A stretch of DNA of 64,000 nucleotides from Bryobacterales bacterium. GTDB lineage: Bacteria; Acidobacteriota; Terriglobia; Bryobacterales; UBA6623. Below the pieces are notes generated by a model that searched no databases, was not told the DNA's origin, and saw nothing but the letters and a program-made list of their open reading frames with translations. Numbering within the stretch: the stretch's first letter is position 1; every line of letters starts with the position of its first letter. This document shows, in pieces, positions 41,907 to 51,963 of this stretch. Location of the stretch: the NCBI GenBank assembly GCA_963422375.2, contig OY729427.2, forward strand, positions 224,001-288,000. The letters run 5' to 3'. The position numbers were made by a program, and so were the translations under genes.

Positions 41907-42701
41907 ATGGCCGAGCGGTTCGCCCCGCGACCGGTCCCGGCGCCCGGGGAACTGCGCCTCGATGCCGGCACCCTAGACGTCTGGTTCGCCCCCTTGGGGC
42001 CGCTGCAGGATCGGCCCTGGGAGGAGCTCGCTTCGCTCACCGACGCCGAAGCGCGCCGCGCCGATGGCATGGCGGCAGCCCCGCGCGGCCGGTTCGTAGC
42101 GACCCGCGCCCTGCTGCGCAAGATCCTCGCCGCGTACCTGCATGCGGACCCGAAGAGCCTTGAACTCGCCTACGGCGCACGCGGAAAGCCCCGGCTGGCC
42201 GGCGCGCACGAGCTCGCGGGACTGCATTTCAACGTGTCCCACTCCGGTCAGCACGCCCTGCTCGCCTTCGGGCAGACACCGCACGGCGTGGACCTGGAGG
42301 CGGTCCGTCCCTTGCGGGACCCCGAAGCCCTCGCGCGGCGCTTCTTCGCGCCGAGCGAGCGAGAGGCGCTGGCCGCCGTTCCGGCCGAGGCCCGCCTGCA
42401 GGCGTTCTTCGCCTGCTGGACCCGCAAGGAGGCGTACTTGAAGGCCGCCGGGACCGGGATCGCGACATCGCTCCGCAGCTTCGCCGTCCCCGTCGCGCCG
42501 GGCCCGGCGCCCGCGCTGCTAGCCGCCACCGGCCGCCCGGACGCGCGCTGGACGCTGCGCCTGTTCGAGCCGCAAGACGGCCTGGTCGGCGCACTCGCCC
42601 ACGCGGCGACGGTGCGGAAGTTTCGCTGCTGGCGCAGGATCGACCGGGCCGGCGCGCCCACGGCTCAGAGTCCCATCTCCTCGATGAACCGCGTGTCGTA
42701 G
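41907..42701 (+). CDS. Sfp-type 4'-phosphopantetheinyl transferase
   Basis: GKP, FNVSHS, GVDLE and WTRKEAYLKA motifs. Confidence 0.93.
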   Translation: MAERFAPRPVPAPGELRLDAGTLDVWFAPLGPLQDRPWEELASLTDAEARRADGMAAAPRGRFVATRALLRKILAAYLHADPKSLELAYGARGKPRLAGAHELAGLHFNVSHSGQHALLAFGQTPHGVDLEAVRPLRDPEALARRFFAPSEREALAAVPAEARLQAFFACWTRKEAYLKAAGTGIATSLRSFAVPVAPGPAPALLAATGRPDARWTLRLFEPQDGLVGALAHAATVRKFRCWRRIDRAGAPTAQSPISSMNRVS

Positions 42702-44005
42702 CGGCCATCAAGGAAGGGCTTGGACTCGAGGATCCTCCGATGCAGCGGAATCGAGGTCTTGACCCCTTCCACGACGAACATGGAGAGCGCACGCTTCATG
42801 CGGCGGATCGCGTCGGGCCGGGTCGCCCCGAACGCAGTCACCTTGGCGATCAGGGAGTCGTAGTGGGGCTGGACGTGCCAGCCGGAGTACGCCGCGCTGT
42901 CGACGCGTATGCCCGGACCGCCGGGAGGCACGTAGCGCTCGATCCGTCCCGCGGAGGGCAGGAAGGTCCGGGGATCCTCCGCGTTCACCCGGCACTCGAT
43001 CGCGCAACCCCGGACCTCGACCGGCCCGGGCACCGCCGCTTCAAGCGGCTCGCCGGCCGCAAGCAGGAGCTGCGCCCTGACGAGGTCGATCCCGGACACC
43101 GCTTCGGTCACCGGATGCTCGACCTGGATGCGGGCGTTCATCTCGATGAAGTGGAGGTCGCCGCTCTCGTCCATGAGGAATTCGACCGTGCCCGCGTTCG
43201 AATAGCCGATCGAGGCGAGCGCCCGCGCCAGGACCTCGCCGGCGCGGGCGCGCGACTCGGCGCTCATCCCGTTGGCGGGCGCCTCCTCCAGCAGCTTCTG
43301 ATGGCGCCGCTGGATCGAGCACTCGCGCTCGCCCACCGACACGACCTTGCCGCGCTCGTCCGCGAGCACCTGGAACTCGATGTGCCGGGGGCGCTCGACA
43401 TACTTCTCTAGGTAGACCTGGCCGCTGCCGAAGGCGGCACCGGCCTCGGCGCTGGCCCGACGGAAGGCGCCTTCGATCTCGCCGAGGTCGCGCACCACGC
43501 GCATGCCCCGGCCGCCGCCTCCCGCCGCCGCCTTCAGAATCACGGGCAGGCCCACTTCAGCCGCCAGGGCGCTCGCCTCGGCGGCGCTGCCGAGAGGCTC
43601 CTCGGAGCCGGGCATTACCGGAATGCCCGCCGCGGCGGCGGCCCTGCGCGCCCGGGCCTTGTCGCCCATCAGGCGAATGGCTTCGGCGCTCGGGCCCACG
43701 AACCGAATGCCGCAGTCGCGGCAGATCTCCGCGAAGCGGGCGTCCTCGGCGAGGAACCCGTAGCCGGGGTGAATCGCGTCCACGTCGGCGATCTCGGCGG
43801 CGCTGATGATCGCGGGCACGCTCAGGTAGCTGTGCGAGCTGCGCGCCTCGCCGATGCAGATCGCCTCGTCGGCGAGCTCCACGTGCAGGGCGTCCCGGTC
43901 GACGGTCGAGTACACCGCGACCGTCTTGGCGCCCAGCTCGCGGCACGCGGCGATGATGCGCAGCGCGATCTCGCCGCGATTCGCGATCAGGACCTTGTCG
44001 AACAT
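42665..44005 (-). CDS. accC: Biotin carboxylase
   Basis: ANRGEIA, HPGYGFLAE, GGGGRGM, ERECSIQRRHQK and EMNARIQVEH motifs. Confidence 0.98.
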   Translation of the reverse strand: MFDKVLIANRGEIALRIIAACRELGAKTVAVYSTVDRDALHVELADEAICIGEARSSHSYLSVPAIISAAEIADVDAIHPGYGFLAEDARFAEICRDCGIRFVGPSAEAIRLMGDKARARRAAAAAGIPVMPGSEEPLGSAAEASALAAEVGLPVILKAAAGGGGRGMRVVRDLGEIEGAFRRASAEAGAAFGSGQVYLEKYVERPRHIEFQVLADERGKVVSVGERECSIQRRHQKLLEEAPANGMSAESRARAGEVLARALASIGYSNAGTVEFLMDESGDLHFIEMNARIQVEHPVTEAVSGIDLVRAQLLLAAGEPLEAAVPGPVEVRGCAIECRVNAEDPRTFLPSAGRIERYVPPGGPGIRVDSAAYSGWHVQPHYDSLIAKVTAFGATRPDAIRRMKRALSMFVVEGVKTSIPLHRRILESKPFLDGRYDTRFIEEMGL

Positions 44006-44018
44006 GCCCGGCGGCGCG

Positions 44019-44436
<418 letters not shown>

Positions 44437-44462
<26 letters not shown>

Positions 44463-45564
44463 CTTTAATTGATTCCGGTCCTTCCAGCACGCGCAACGCC
44501 CGAGGCGTGCGCGTGAGCACATCGCAGCCGCTCTCTGTCACCGCGACGACATCCTCGATGCGCACGCCGACCCGCCCCGGCAGATAGACCCCGGGCTCGA
44601 CCGTGACCACCATGCCCGACCGCAGCCGCTGGCGCACCTTCGGCCCAATGCGGGGCCGCTCGTGGATTTCCAAGCCAAGTCCGTGGCCTGTCGAATGAGT
44701 GAAAAGCGTGTCGAGTCTGACGCCGTCGACGCTTCGGCTCTTCAACGCCAAGCGGGCGGCCCGATCCACCGTCCGGCATTCGACGCCGTCGCGTATCGCG
44801 TCGACCGCGGCTTCGTGGGCCTCTAGCACAGCTTGGATGAGGGTCCCGTCGGCCTCGTCCGGATGACCGAGCGCAACCATCCGGGTCATGTCGCTGCAAT
44901 ACCCACAGAGTGTAGCACCCTGGTCCACGACCACGGGCCTGCCGGGCTCGACGACGCGGTCGCCCGGCTCGGCGTGCGGCAGCGCCCCCTGCGCGCCGGC
45001 AGCGACGATGGTGGGAAAGGAAGCACCCTCCGCGCCCAGGCGGCGCATGCGGAATTCGATCTCGGCCGCGAGACGCGCCTCGGTCCAGCCCGGCCGCATG
45101 AAGGCGCAAGCCTGGTCGAACGCGCGCGAGTTGAGCAGAACGGAGTTCCTGATTGCCTCGATCTCGGCGGGACTCTTGCGGGCCCGCAAGCGCTCCACGC
45201 CGGAGTCCACGGGAACGAGCTTGCAGCGCGGCAGCTCCTGCCCCAAGTAGCTGTAGGCGGCGTAGGACAACCGGTTCGACTCGAATCCGAGGATCCGCGG
45301 TGCGCGGTTGCGGAGGGCGGCGGCGAAGGCGAAGCGGGCGTCGCCCTCGGAGATCTCAAGGGCGATGCCGTCGGTTTGCGCCGACGCCTGGACGCGATAG
45401 CGGGCGTCCGTGAACAGGGTCGCCCGGTCGGGCTCGACCAGAAGATGGCCCGCGCTGCCCGAGAATCCGGTCAGATAGCGGATGTTCGGCAGGGCCGAGA
45501 CATAGAGGAGATCCACGCGCACGCTGCGGCGCAGCGCGCTCAGGCGTGCCGAGTGCTGGTCCAT
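44437..45564 (-). CDS. Xaa-Pro aminopeptidase/dipeptidase (M24B)
   Basis: YLTGFSGS, DARY, YCSDMTR, HSTGHGLG, TVEPG and GVRIED motifs. Confidence 0.95.
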
Positions 45565-45638
45565 GCCCTGCCAAGCCCGCGCGCGGCTCGCGGGCCGTCG
45601 CCCATGATACGAATCGCGGCGTCGCCTCCCGGCCGCGG

Positions 45639-48041
45639 TCACCAAAAGTAGCGGATTCTCAGGCTGGCCGTGAACGGCTGGATGGTTCTCGTGCCCACGA
45701 ACACGGACTGGAAGCTGTACAGGCCCTTGCGGTTGGTGAGGTTCGAGATCTGTACCGCGATCTCCCAAGCCTTGCGGTCGCCGCGGAGGTGCTCGTAGCC
45801 GACCGCCGCGTCGACAACCGTCCGCGGCCGGATGCGGGGCGGATCGCCCAGCAGGTCGACGTACGGAAGCTGGTCGAAGTAGTCGGGATCCCCCGCCACT
45901 TCTTCCGGGTCGGAGGGATTCGACACCAGCCCGCTGTCGTGCCGCACCTGCCAGCTGGACCACCAGCGCTTCGCGGGCCGGTAGATCAGGCTCGCGCTCA
46001 TGCCGAGCGCCTGGTCGTGGTCGATCACCATCGGCCCTTGGCCGAGAGCGTCCAAGGCAGCTCCTCCCAGGAACAGCCCTCCCGTGAACGGAGGCGTCAT
46101 GATCGCGCGGAAGTGCGTGAGGCTGAGCGAGCCAGACAGTCTCCGCGTCTCCGGGACCACCAGGCGGGCCTCGAAGCCGTTGACCCGCGACAGCGCCAGG
46201 GACGTGGGGAAGATGATCCCAGTATCCAGGAAGTTGTCGTTGTCCTGGGCGTTCGTCGAGTTCTTGTGGTAGTAGACGGCGTCCACCGAGGCGCGGCCCC
46301 GGATGTCCTGCTGGAGCCCGACCTCGTAGACGTTCTGGCGCTGGGGCTGGATGGCGACCACCCCGCCGTTCATGACGCGCTGCACCTCGGGCTGGGCCAA
46401 GGAGGCGGACTCGGTGGAATTCGCCAGGAGGAGATTCTCGTTCGGCGGGGTCTGGAGGTTGCGGTTGTACGAGGCGCGGAAGACCGTGCCGGTCCGTCCC
46501 AAGTGGTAGGCCAGCCCTGCGCGCGGCTGCAGCTCGCTCGAGATCCCGATCATCGAGTACCGGTCGAAGCGCAAGCCGAGGTCGAAGACCAGACGCCGCC
46601 ATTTCCACAGGTCCTGAACGAAGGCGGAGAGGATCGTGCCTGCGTCGCTCGCCCGGAACCGGAACCGCCGGCCGCCGCGCGAGATGTCGTGGGGCAGGAG
46701 ATTCGGATTGAAGCCGGGTGCGGCGGGGTCGTTGACCGAAGGGTCGGTCAGGCCGAAAGAGAAGCTCTCGCCGAGGGCGAACCGCTGCCCGTCAAAGCCG
46801 GCCCGGAGCTGGTGGGAGCCGCGCCGCCAGTTCACGCGGTTGAGCGAGGACAGGGTCCCGAGAGTCCGGAAGAGCGCCGCGGTCACGGGAACGTCGCCGG
46901 CGCTTGGCCGGAGCTCCGCGACCGTGCCGCGGTACGAGGTCGTGGAGTCGAAGGTGGCGGCCGGCGACAGCACGCGCAGGTAGCCGAACGAAAAGGAGCG
47001 GTCCCCGAGTTCCCTGCGCTGGCGCTGGCCGTTGGCGTGCTGGCTGCGCAGGTTCGCCAGCTGGAACGACGAGCGCCCGGCCATGGCGCTGATTCGGAGC
47101 ACGTCGCGGGCTGACCGGTGCCAGTCGAACCGGGCCGATCCGCGCTGCGCGTTGCCGCCGTTGTGGAGGTTGTCGAACGAGGGGGAGTCCAGGAAGCGGT
47201 TGCTCTTCACGCCGGACAGCGAGGCGAACCATCCGAGGCTGGATTGCGCCCCTCCGGCCTGGACCGCCTGGGAGTGCGTGTCGAAGCCGCCGCCACCGAC
47301 CTCGGCTTGGCCGAAGCTGCGCCCGCCGCCGTCGAAGCCGGACCGGGTGGTGACCTTCACCACGCCAGACACCTTCGCGCCGTACTCGGGAGGGATGTTG
47401 CCGGTGAAGAGCTCGAGCGAATGGACCAAGTTGGGATCCACCGAGGTCGCGAACTGGCCCGAGAACTGGTCGCTGATCGGCATGCCGTCGATGACGTAGG
47501 TGAGCTGGTTGTGCGCACCGCGCGTATGGAGCGTGCCGTTGGCGTTGGCGGCGAAGCCGGGGAATCCCAGCAGGAGGGCCTCGAGACCCCGCGCTCCGGT
47601 GGCGACTGGCAGCTTGTCGATGATCCGCCGGCTCAGACGGGACTTGGTGCCGCTCGCCTCAGGATCGAGCAGTTCCGATCGCTCGCTGGCATCGACTGAC
47701 ACGGTCTCGGAGAGAACCAGGAGGGCGAGCCTGACCTCCACCGACAACGGCACATTGGACCGCAGCTCGATCCTGCGTCGGCTCGGACGGAACCCCGGCC
47801 GGCTAACTTCAAGCAGGTAGGCTTGCAGCGGAAGGTTCGAGAGCCGGAAGCTCCCCTGCCCGTCGGTGCGTGCCTTGACCTCCAATCCGGACAGCGGATG
47901 GGAGAGGCGAATCTCGGCCCGGGGCAGCGCTGCATCGGTGGGGTCGACCACCGTGCCTTGGAGCGTCGCGGACGACTGCCCCGCACTCTGGCCATGAACA
48001 AGAACCAAAGTTAGGGAAAGCAATAATGAATTCCACAGCAT
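45639..48041 (-). CDS. TonB-dependent receptor with N-terminal carboxypeptidase-regulatory-like domain
   Basis: Signal peptide, GTVVDPT, plug YVIDGMPISD, GLRFD, NLTN and aromatic C-terminus. Confidence 0.92.
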   Translation of the reverse strand: MLWNSLLLSLTLVLVHGQSAGQSSATLQGTVVDPTDAALPRAEIRLSHPLSGLEVKARTDGQGSFRLSNLPLQAYLLEVSRPGFRPSRRRIELRSNVPLSVEVRLALLVLSETVSVDASERSELLDPEASGTKSRLSRRIIDKLPVATGARGLEALLLGFPGFAANANGTLHTRGAHNQLTYVIDGMPISDQFSGQFATSVDPNLVHSLELFTGNIPPEYGAKVSGVVKVTTRSGFDGGGRSFGQAEVGGGGFDTHSQAVQAGGAQSSLGWFASLSGVKSNRFLDSPSFDNLHNGGNAQRGSARFDWHRSARDVLRISAMAGRSSFQLANLRSQHANGQRQRRELGDRSFSFGYLRVLSPAATFDSTTSYRGTVAELRPSAGDVPVTAALFRTLGTLSSLNRVNWRRGSHQLRAGFDGQRFALGESFSFGLTDPSVNDPAAPGFNPNLLPHDISRGGRRFRFRASDAGTILSAFVQDLWKWRRLVFDLGLRFDRYSMIGISSELQPRAGLAYHLGRTGTVFRASYNRNLQTPPNENLLLANSTESASLAQPEVQRVMNGGVVAIQPQRQNVYEVGLQQDIRGRASVDAVYYHKNSTNAQDNDNFLDTGIIFPTSLALSRVNGFEARLVVPETRRLSGSLSLTHFRAIMTPPFTGGLFLGGAALDALGQGPMVIDHDQALGMSASLIYRPAKRWWSSWQVRHDSGLVSNPSDPEEVAGDPDYFDQLPYVDLLGDPPRIRPRTVVDAAVGYEHLRGDRKAWEIAVQISNLTNRKGLYSFQSVFVGTRTIQPFTASLRIRYFW

Positions 48042-48053
48042 TGTGAGTTTGCA

Positions 48054-48071
48054 ATTTAGGCAAGCCTAAAT
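48054..48071. promoter_or_regulatory. Palindromic operator, DtxR/MntR-family-like
   Basis: ATTTAGGC-AA-GCCTAAAT with perfect 8-bp arms, 12 nt upstream of the receptor ATG. Confidence 0.7.
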
Positions 48072-48086
48072 CTCGCGTATGGCCGA

Positions 48087-48095
48087 AGTATATCA
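48087..48095 (-). promoter_or_regulatory. Extended -10 promoter of the TonB receptor
   Basis: TG-A-TATACT on the minus strand, just upstream of the palindrome. Confidence 0.6.
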
Positions 48096-49148
48096 CGGGC
48101 GGGCGCTGCATCAGGGCCGCGGCTCCACGGGCGGCCGATTCCGGCGGGGGGCACGGCTGAGCGAGCCGCCCTGCCGAAGGCGACTACAGGCCTCACGCGA
48201 CGGCGCGCATGCGCCGCTTGGCGCTCACTGCCCGTGCTTGGAGTCGTTCCAGACGGTGTGCAGCGGGCCGTCGCGCGGGGGATAGTGAGGGCGACCGAGC
48301 CGTGCCATGCGCCAGCTCACGCCGCAGAAGCCCGGCTTCCGCGCGTCCCAGCGGTGGCATGTGCGGATGGCCAATTGGGTCTGCTCCAAGTTCCCTGAAG
48401 ACCAGCGCGAAGTCCAGCAGGCGGGGGCCCGCTTGGGGTCGCCGGCACCGCGGGCATGCGCTCCGGCTGCCATGCCCGGCAGAGGTCGGGGATGCCCGGG
48501 CGGATTGTTCCGCTGCACAGGCCTCCCCGGAAACGCTCAAGGTTCAGCGAATCAGGAATCTATCCAAGTCGGCCAGCAATCCGAGTGATCCCGCTGGAAA
48601 GTCAGCGCCCACAAGGAGCGGCGCCACTTGACGCTGGTGCAGGCATGAATCCCTCGAGCACGAGGTGCATGCTGATCCCCCGCGTCCGTGCGACTGGCGC
48701 GCCCGAAGTCCGGCGTGAGCGTTGGCAGCGTCAGACCGGGGCGGCCACCAACACGTGCGGCAGTCCCTTGGTCCGGAGTCCGCGGCACGCGTAACCCTGA
48801 TTCCAAGATCTTGCATTCCTGTCCGGGCCCGACGGCTGCCTCCGCCGGGCCCGAACAGTCTCGCTCCACGCCGCCTCAGGCGTCCCAAGCGCGGGGCGAT
48901 GCCGCTCCTGCCCAAGTGCGGCGGCGTACTCGAGGCGTGCGCCGGAATCAGACAGTTGCTAGTCGGTTCAGCTGTGAACTCTGACGGGCCGCTGTCGAGG
49001 TCGGTTCCCGACGGGCGTCGATGGGCAGGTCGAGTCCCTCAACAGCATGATGCGCCGAGCTAGGCCGGTCCCGCCGAGCACCGTCGATTGTGCATCATGG
49101 TCGCATCTTGATCCTGGAAGATAATTTTCTAATCGCATCCCAGCGCAC

Positions 49149-49176
49149 TTGCAACTCTAATTTTATTCGCTACAAT
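49149..49176 (+). promoter_or_regulatory. sigma70-type promoter in an AT-rich patch
   Basis: TTGCAA-N16-TACAAT with AT-rich upstream sequence. Confidence 0.5.
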
Positions 49177-49689
49177 AGTTCCAAGAGGCATTGTCATGGG
49201 AGTCATCCAAGGTAGCGGAGCGGGGCATTCAACCCCTGTCCGGCCAAGGGTGGCTGCCGACTGTGGCCGGGATCGCGAGGAGCGTTCCAGCGACAAGCCC
49301 GGGGGTGTCCGGGCGTGAAGCATCCGCCAAGCCCCGACGGGAGCGACGCCCGATTCCCAGAACTTGGAAGAGGAGCAGCCTGATAATCAGATTTGCAACA
49401 TCCTATGATCGAACATCTAGTGAACAGCACGGAGATCAAGACTTCATGAACGGAGTCACACGCCTGGCGAGGCTAGCCCAACGGTCGCTGCCCCGCCGAG
49501 CCAGCGCGGGACGCTGCGGCCCGGACAGGGGAGCTCGTCCCCTGCCCCGGAGGCGGGGCGCACCCTCCGCGCACCCGCGACGGGCTCCAGTCCGCATGGA
49601 GCGGCCGCAGCGCACAGCACGGTTGCGGCGGTTGACCGGTGTGCGGAGCACGCAGCAGCGCGACGGCGGTCGCAGAAAGGGGTGACGGG

Positions 49690-50670
49690 ATGATCCCCAT
49701 GCCCAACGACGCCTTCTACAAGCTCTGCTTCGGCACGCCCGCGGTGGTGGCCGACCTGCTGCGCGGCTTTGCCGATGGGAACTGGGTCGGGCAGATGGAC
49801 CTGCGATCATTGCGCGCCGTCCCAACGCACTTCGTCGACGAGAGCCTGGGCCAGCGCGTGTGCGACACGGTGTGGAGCGTGAAGTATCGCGGCGAGAGCG
49901 AGCGGCGCGTATACCTGATCCTAGAGTTCCAGTCGAATGTGAAGCGGCGGATGGCCGTGCGGCTGCTGCGCTACGCCAGCATGCTGTACGAGGAGCTATT
50001 CGATCGCGGCGAGGCGTCGCCGAAGGATCCGCCCGCGATTTGCCCGCAGGTGATCTACAATGGGCGCAAGCTGTGGACCGCGCGAACGGATATCGGGGGC
50101 CCGGCAGGGATCCGGGAGACCGTGGGGCCGGGCCGGGTGGCGTTGGACTATCGGCTGCTGGACGCGCGGCCGGAACGTTTGGACGTGCCGGGCTTGGAAG
50201 GGAACATCGTGGCGGCGCTGTTCCGGTACGAGCGCAACCGTGACGTGTCCAAGGCGGCGGTGCTGGCAGAGGCCGTGGTGCAAGCGCTGGGGAAGGCGGG
50301 CGCGAGCAGGCCGAGGAGAGCGTTTCTCGTCTGGGTGAACGACCGGCTGCCCAAGCGGTTCCCCGGGGAGACGCTGCCGGAGATCGAGGATGGGGAGGAG
50401 AGAGTCGCGATGATGGAAGCAAGGTTCGTCGAATTGGAGCAGCAGTTGCTGAGCCAAGGCCGGGTCGAAGGCCGGGTCGAAGGCCGAATGGAGGGAACGA
50501 AGGCCGTGCTGTCGCGACAGGCGCGTCGGCTCCACGGCGAAGCCGTGGCGCTCCTGTTCAGCCGCTGGCTCGAGGCCTGCACGGACCCGCAGCAGCTGGA
50601 CGCCGCCGCGGACTGGATCGCGGACTGCGACACGGCCGAGGCCCTGCTGGCGCGCTTGAACGGCCAGTGA
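49690..50670 (+). CDS. Rpn/YhgA-family PD-(D/E)XK nuclease (recombination-promoting nuclease / putative transposase)
   Basis: DAFYK, CDTVWSV, YLILEFQS, MAVRLLRY, VIYNG...W and C-terminal GRVEGRVEGRMEG repeats. Confidence 0.92.
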   Translation: MIPMPNDAFYKLCFGTPAVVADLLRGFADGNWVGQMDLRSLRAVPTHFVDESLGQRVCDTVWSVKYRGESERRVYLILEFQSNVKRRMAVRLLRYASMLYEELFDRGEASPKDPPAICPQVIYNGRKLWTARTDIGGPAGIRETVGPGRVALDYRLLDARPERLDVPGLEGNIVAALFRYERNRDVSKAAVLAEAVVQALGKAGASRPRRAFLVWVNDRLPKRFPGETLPEIEDGEERVAMMEARFVELEQQLLSQGRVEGRVEGRMEGTKAVLSRQARRLHGEAVALLFSRWLEACTDPQQLDAAADWIADCDTAEALLARLNGQ

Positions 50671-50911
50671 GGGCGTTCTCATGGTGCAGCGAGGACGCCT
50701 CTAGCACCCTCAAGAAGACTGCAGAACGGTTTTCAGCGTGAAGTCGTCATGGGTTGCCCGCCCCTCCGATTGGAATAGTACGTTGCCTTGCACGAGCAAC
50801 TGTTTCGGACGGACTTAGCGGCACGGCACTTGCCCCGGTGGCTGAAGTCACATTGAGAGGATCTCAGAGTCCGAGTAGAGGTGCCAGATTCAGTTTTTTC
50901 TTAGATGAAAT

Positions 50912-51956
50912 CCTGATTACCCACAAGACTCAGCCAAGGTTAGGAGGCGGTAAGGCATGGGCGGGGTGCGCACGGAGGCGTGGAGCAGGCGGGGGACCAG
51001 CGCCTCCAGGTCGTAGCGGCGGTTGAAGCGGTAGCGGAACTCGGCGAGGTACCGCGGCAGGTGCTTGCCGTCGAGCGCATGGCAGGTTCCCGCCAGGGAC
51101 TGCTTGACGTGCGTCAGCATCGTGCTGACCCGGACGTTGACCCGGACGAAGCGGGAATCCCCGCAGCTCCGCTGGCCGCCTCCGGTGACGGCCGGCACGT
51201 GCTCGCAGCCGGCGCCGGCCACGCCCCGCAAGCAGGCCGGGCCGTCGGAATGCACCTCCGTGCCGGGCTGCAAGTGCCGCCCGGCCCACGCTGCCAGCGT
51301 CTTCTTGCGCAAGCCCGCCACGCTGCTCAGGCGCATCCTTGCCGGCTGGCCGGCGGCGGTGACCTGCACGGCGGCGACGAACGGCGTCTTGCCCGCCGCG
51401 CCGCGACCGCGCTTGCCGCCGCTCCGCTCCCCGCCCCGGTAGGCGTCGTCCACCTGCACGATGCCGGCCAGCGGCAGGCGCTCGTCGCGCTCCTTCAGCA
51501 CTGGCAGGAGCTTGTGCTGCACCTTCCAAGCCGTGTTCCGGCTCACGCCCAGCTGCCGCGCCAGTTCCAGCGACGAAACGCCGTGCTGGCCCTGCGTCAG
51601 CAGGTGGATCGCCAGCAACCGGACGGTCAGCGGCAGCTTGGTGGCGGCGAAGATCGTGCCGGCGACGAGGGAGGTCCGGCGGTGGCAGGCATGGCACTGC
51701 CACAGCTTGCGGGAGCGGATGCGGCAGTGCCGGCGGGAGCCGCACTCCGGGCAGCGGAAGCCGTCCGGCCAGCGGGCGTTGAAGACGGCCTGCTCGCATG
51801 GCCCCTCGCTGCCGTAGCGCTGCAGGAACTTGCCCAGGCTGAGTCCCTTCTGGCATTGCACGCGATTGCGTTTCATCTGCTATCCCCTTTCCTAGCAGAG
51901 ATTTCCGACCTCCTTCAGGATAGCCTATCCTCGGCTGACGTTCGTTGGTAATCAGG
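50912..51956 (-). mobile_element. IS1595-family element (IS1595 group), 1045 bp
   Basis: 24-bp imperfect TIRs CCTGATTACCCACAAGACTCAGCC / CCTGATTACCAACGAACGTCAGCC; no target duplication. Confidence 0.92.
50917..51876 (-). CDS. IS1595-family transposase (probably decaying)
   Basis: Zinc ribbon CPEC...CHAC, HTH, VQVDDAY, HSDG and YLAEFRYRFNRR motifs. Confidence 0.92.
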   Translation of the reverse strand: MKRNRVQCQKGLSLGKFLQRYGSEGPCEQAVFNARWPDGFRCPECGSRRHCRIRSRKLWQCHACHRRTSLVAGTIFAATKLPLTVRLLAIHLLTQGQHGVSSLELARQLGVSRNTAWKVQHKLLPVLKERDERLPLAGIVQVDDAYRGGERSGGKRGRGAAGKTPFVAAVQVTAAGQPARMRLSSVAGLRKKTLAAWAGRHLQPGTEVHSDGPACLRGVAGAGCEHVPAVTGGGQRSCGDSRFVRVNVRVSTMLTHVKQSLAGTCHALDGKHLPRYLAEFRYRFNRRYDLEALVPRLLHASVRTPPMPYRLLTLAESCG

Positions 51957-51963
51957 ATCAGGT

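Noticed and set aside
49095..49450. TCTTGATC/GATCAAGA inverted pair as MITE ends
   Set aside because: Only an 8-bp match, with no extension and no target duplication.
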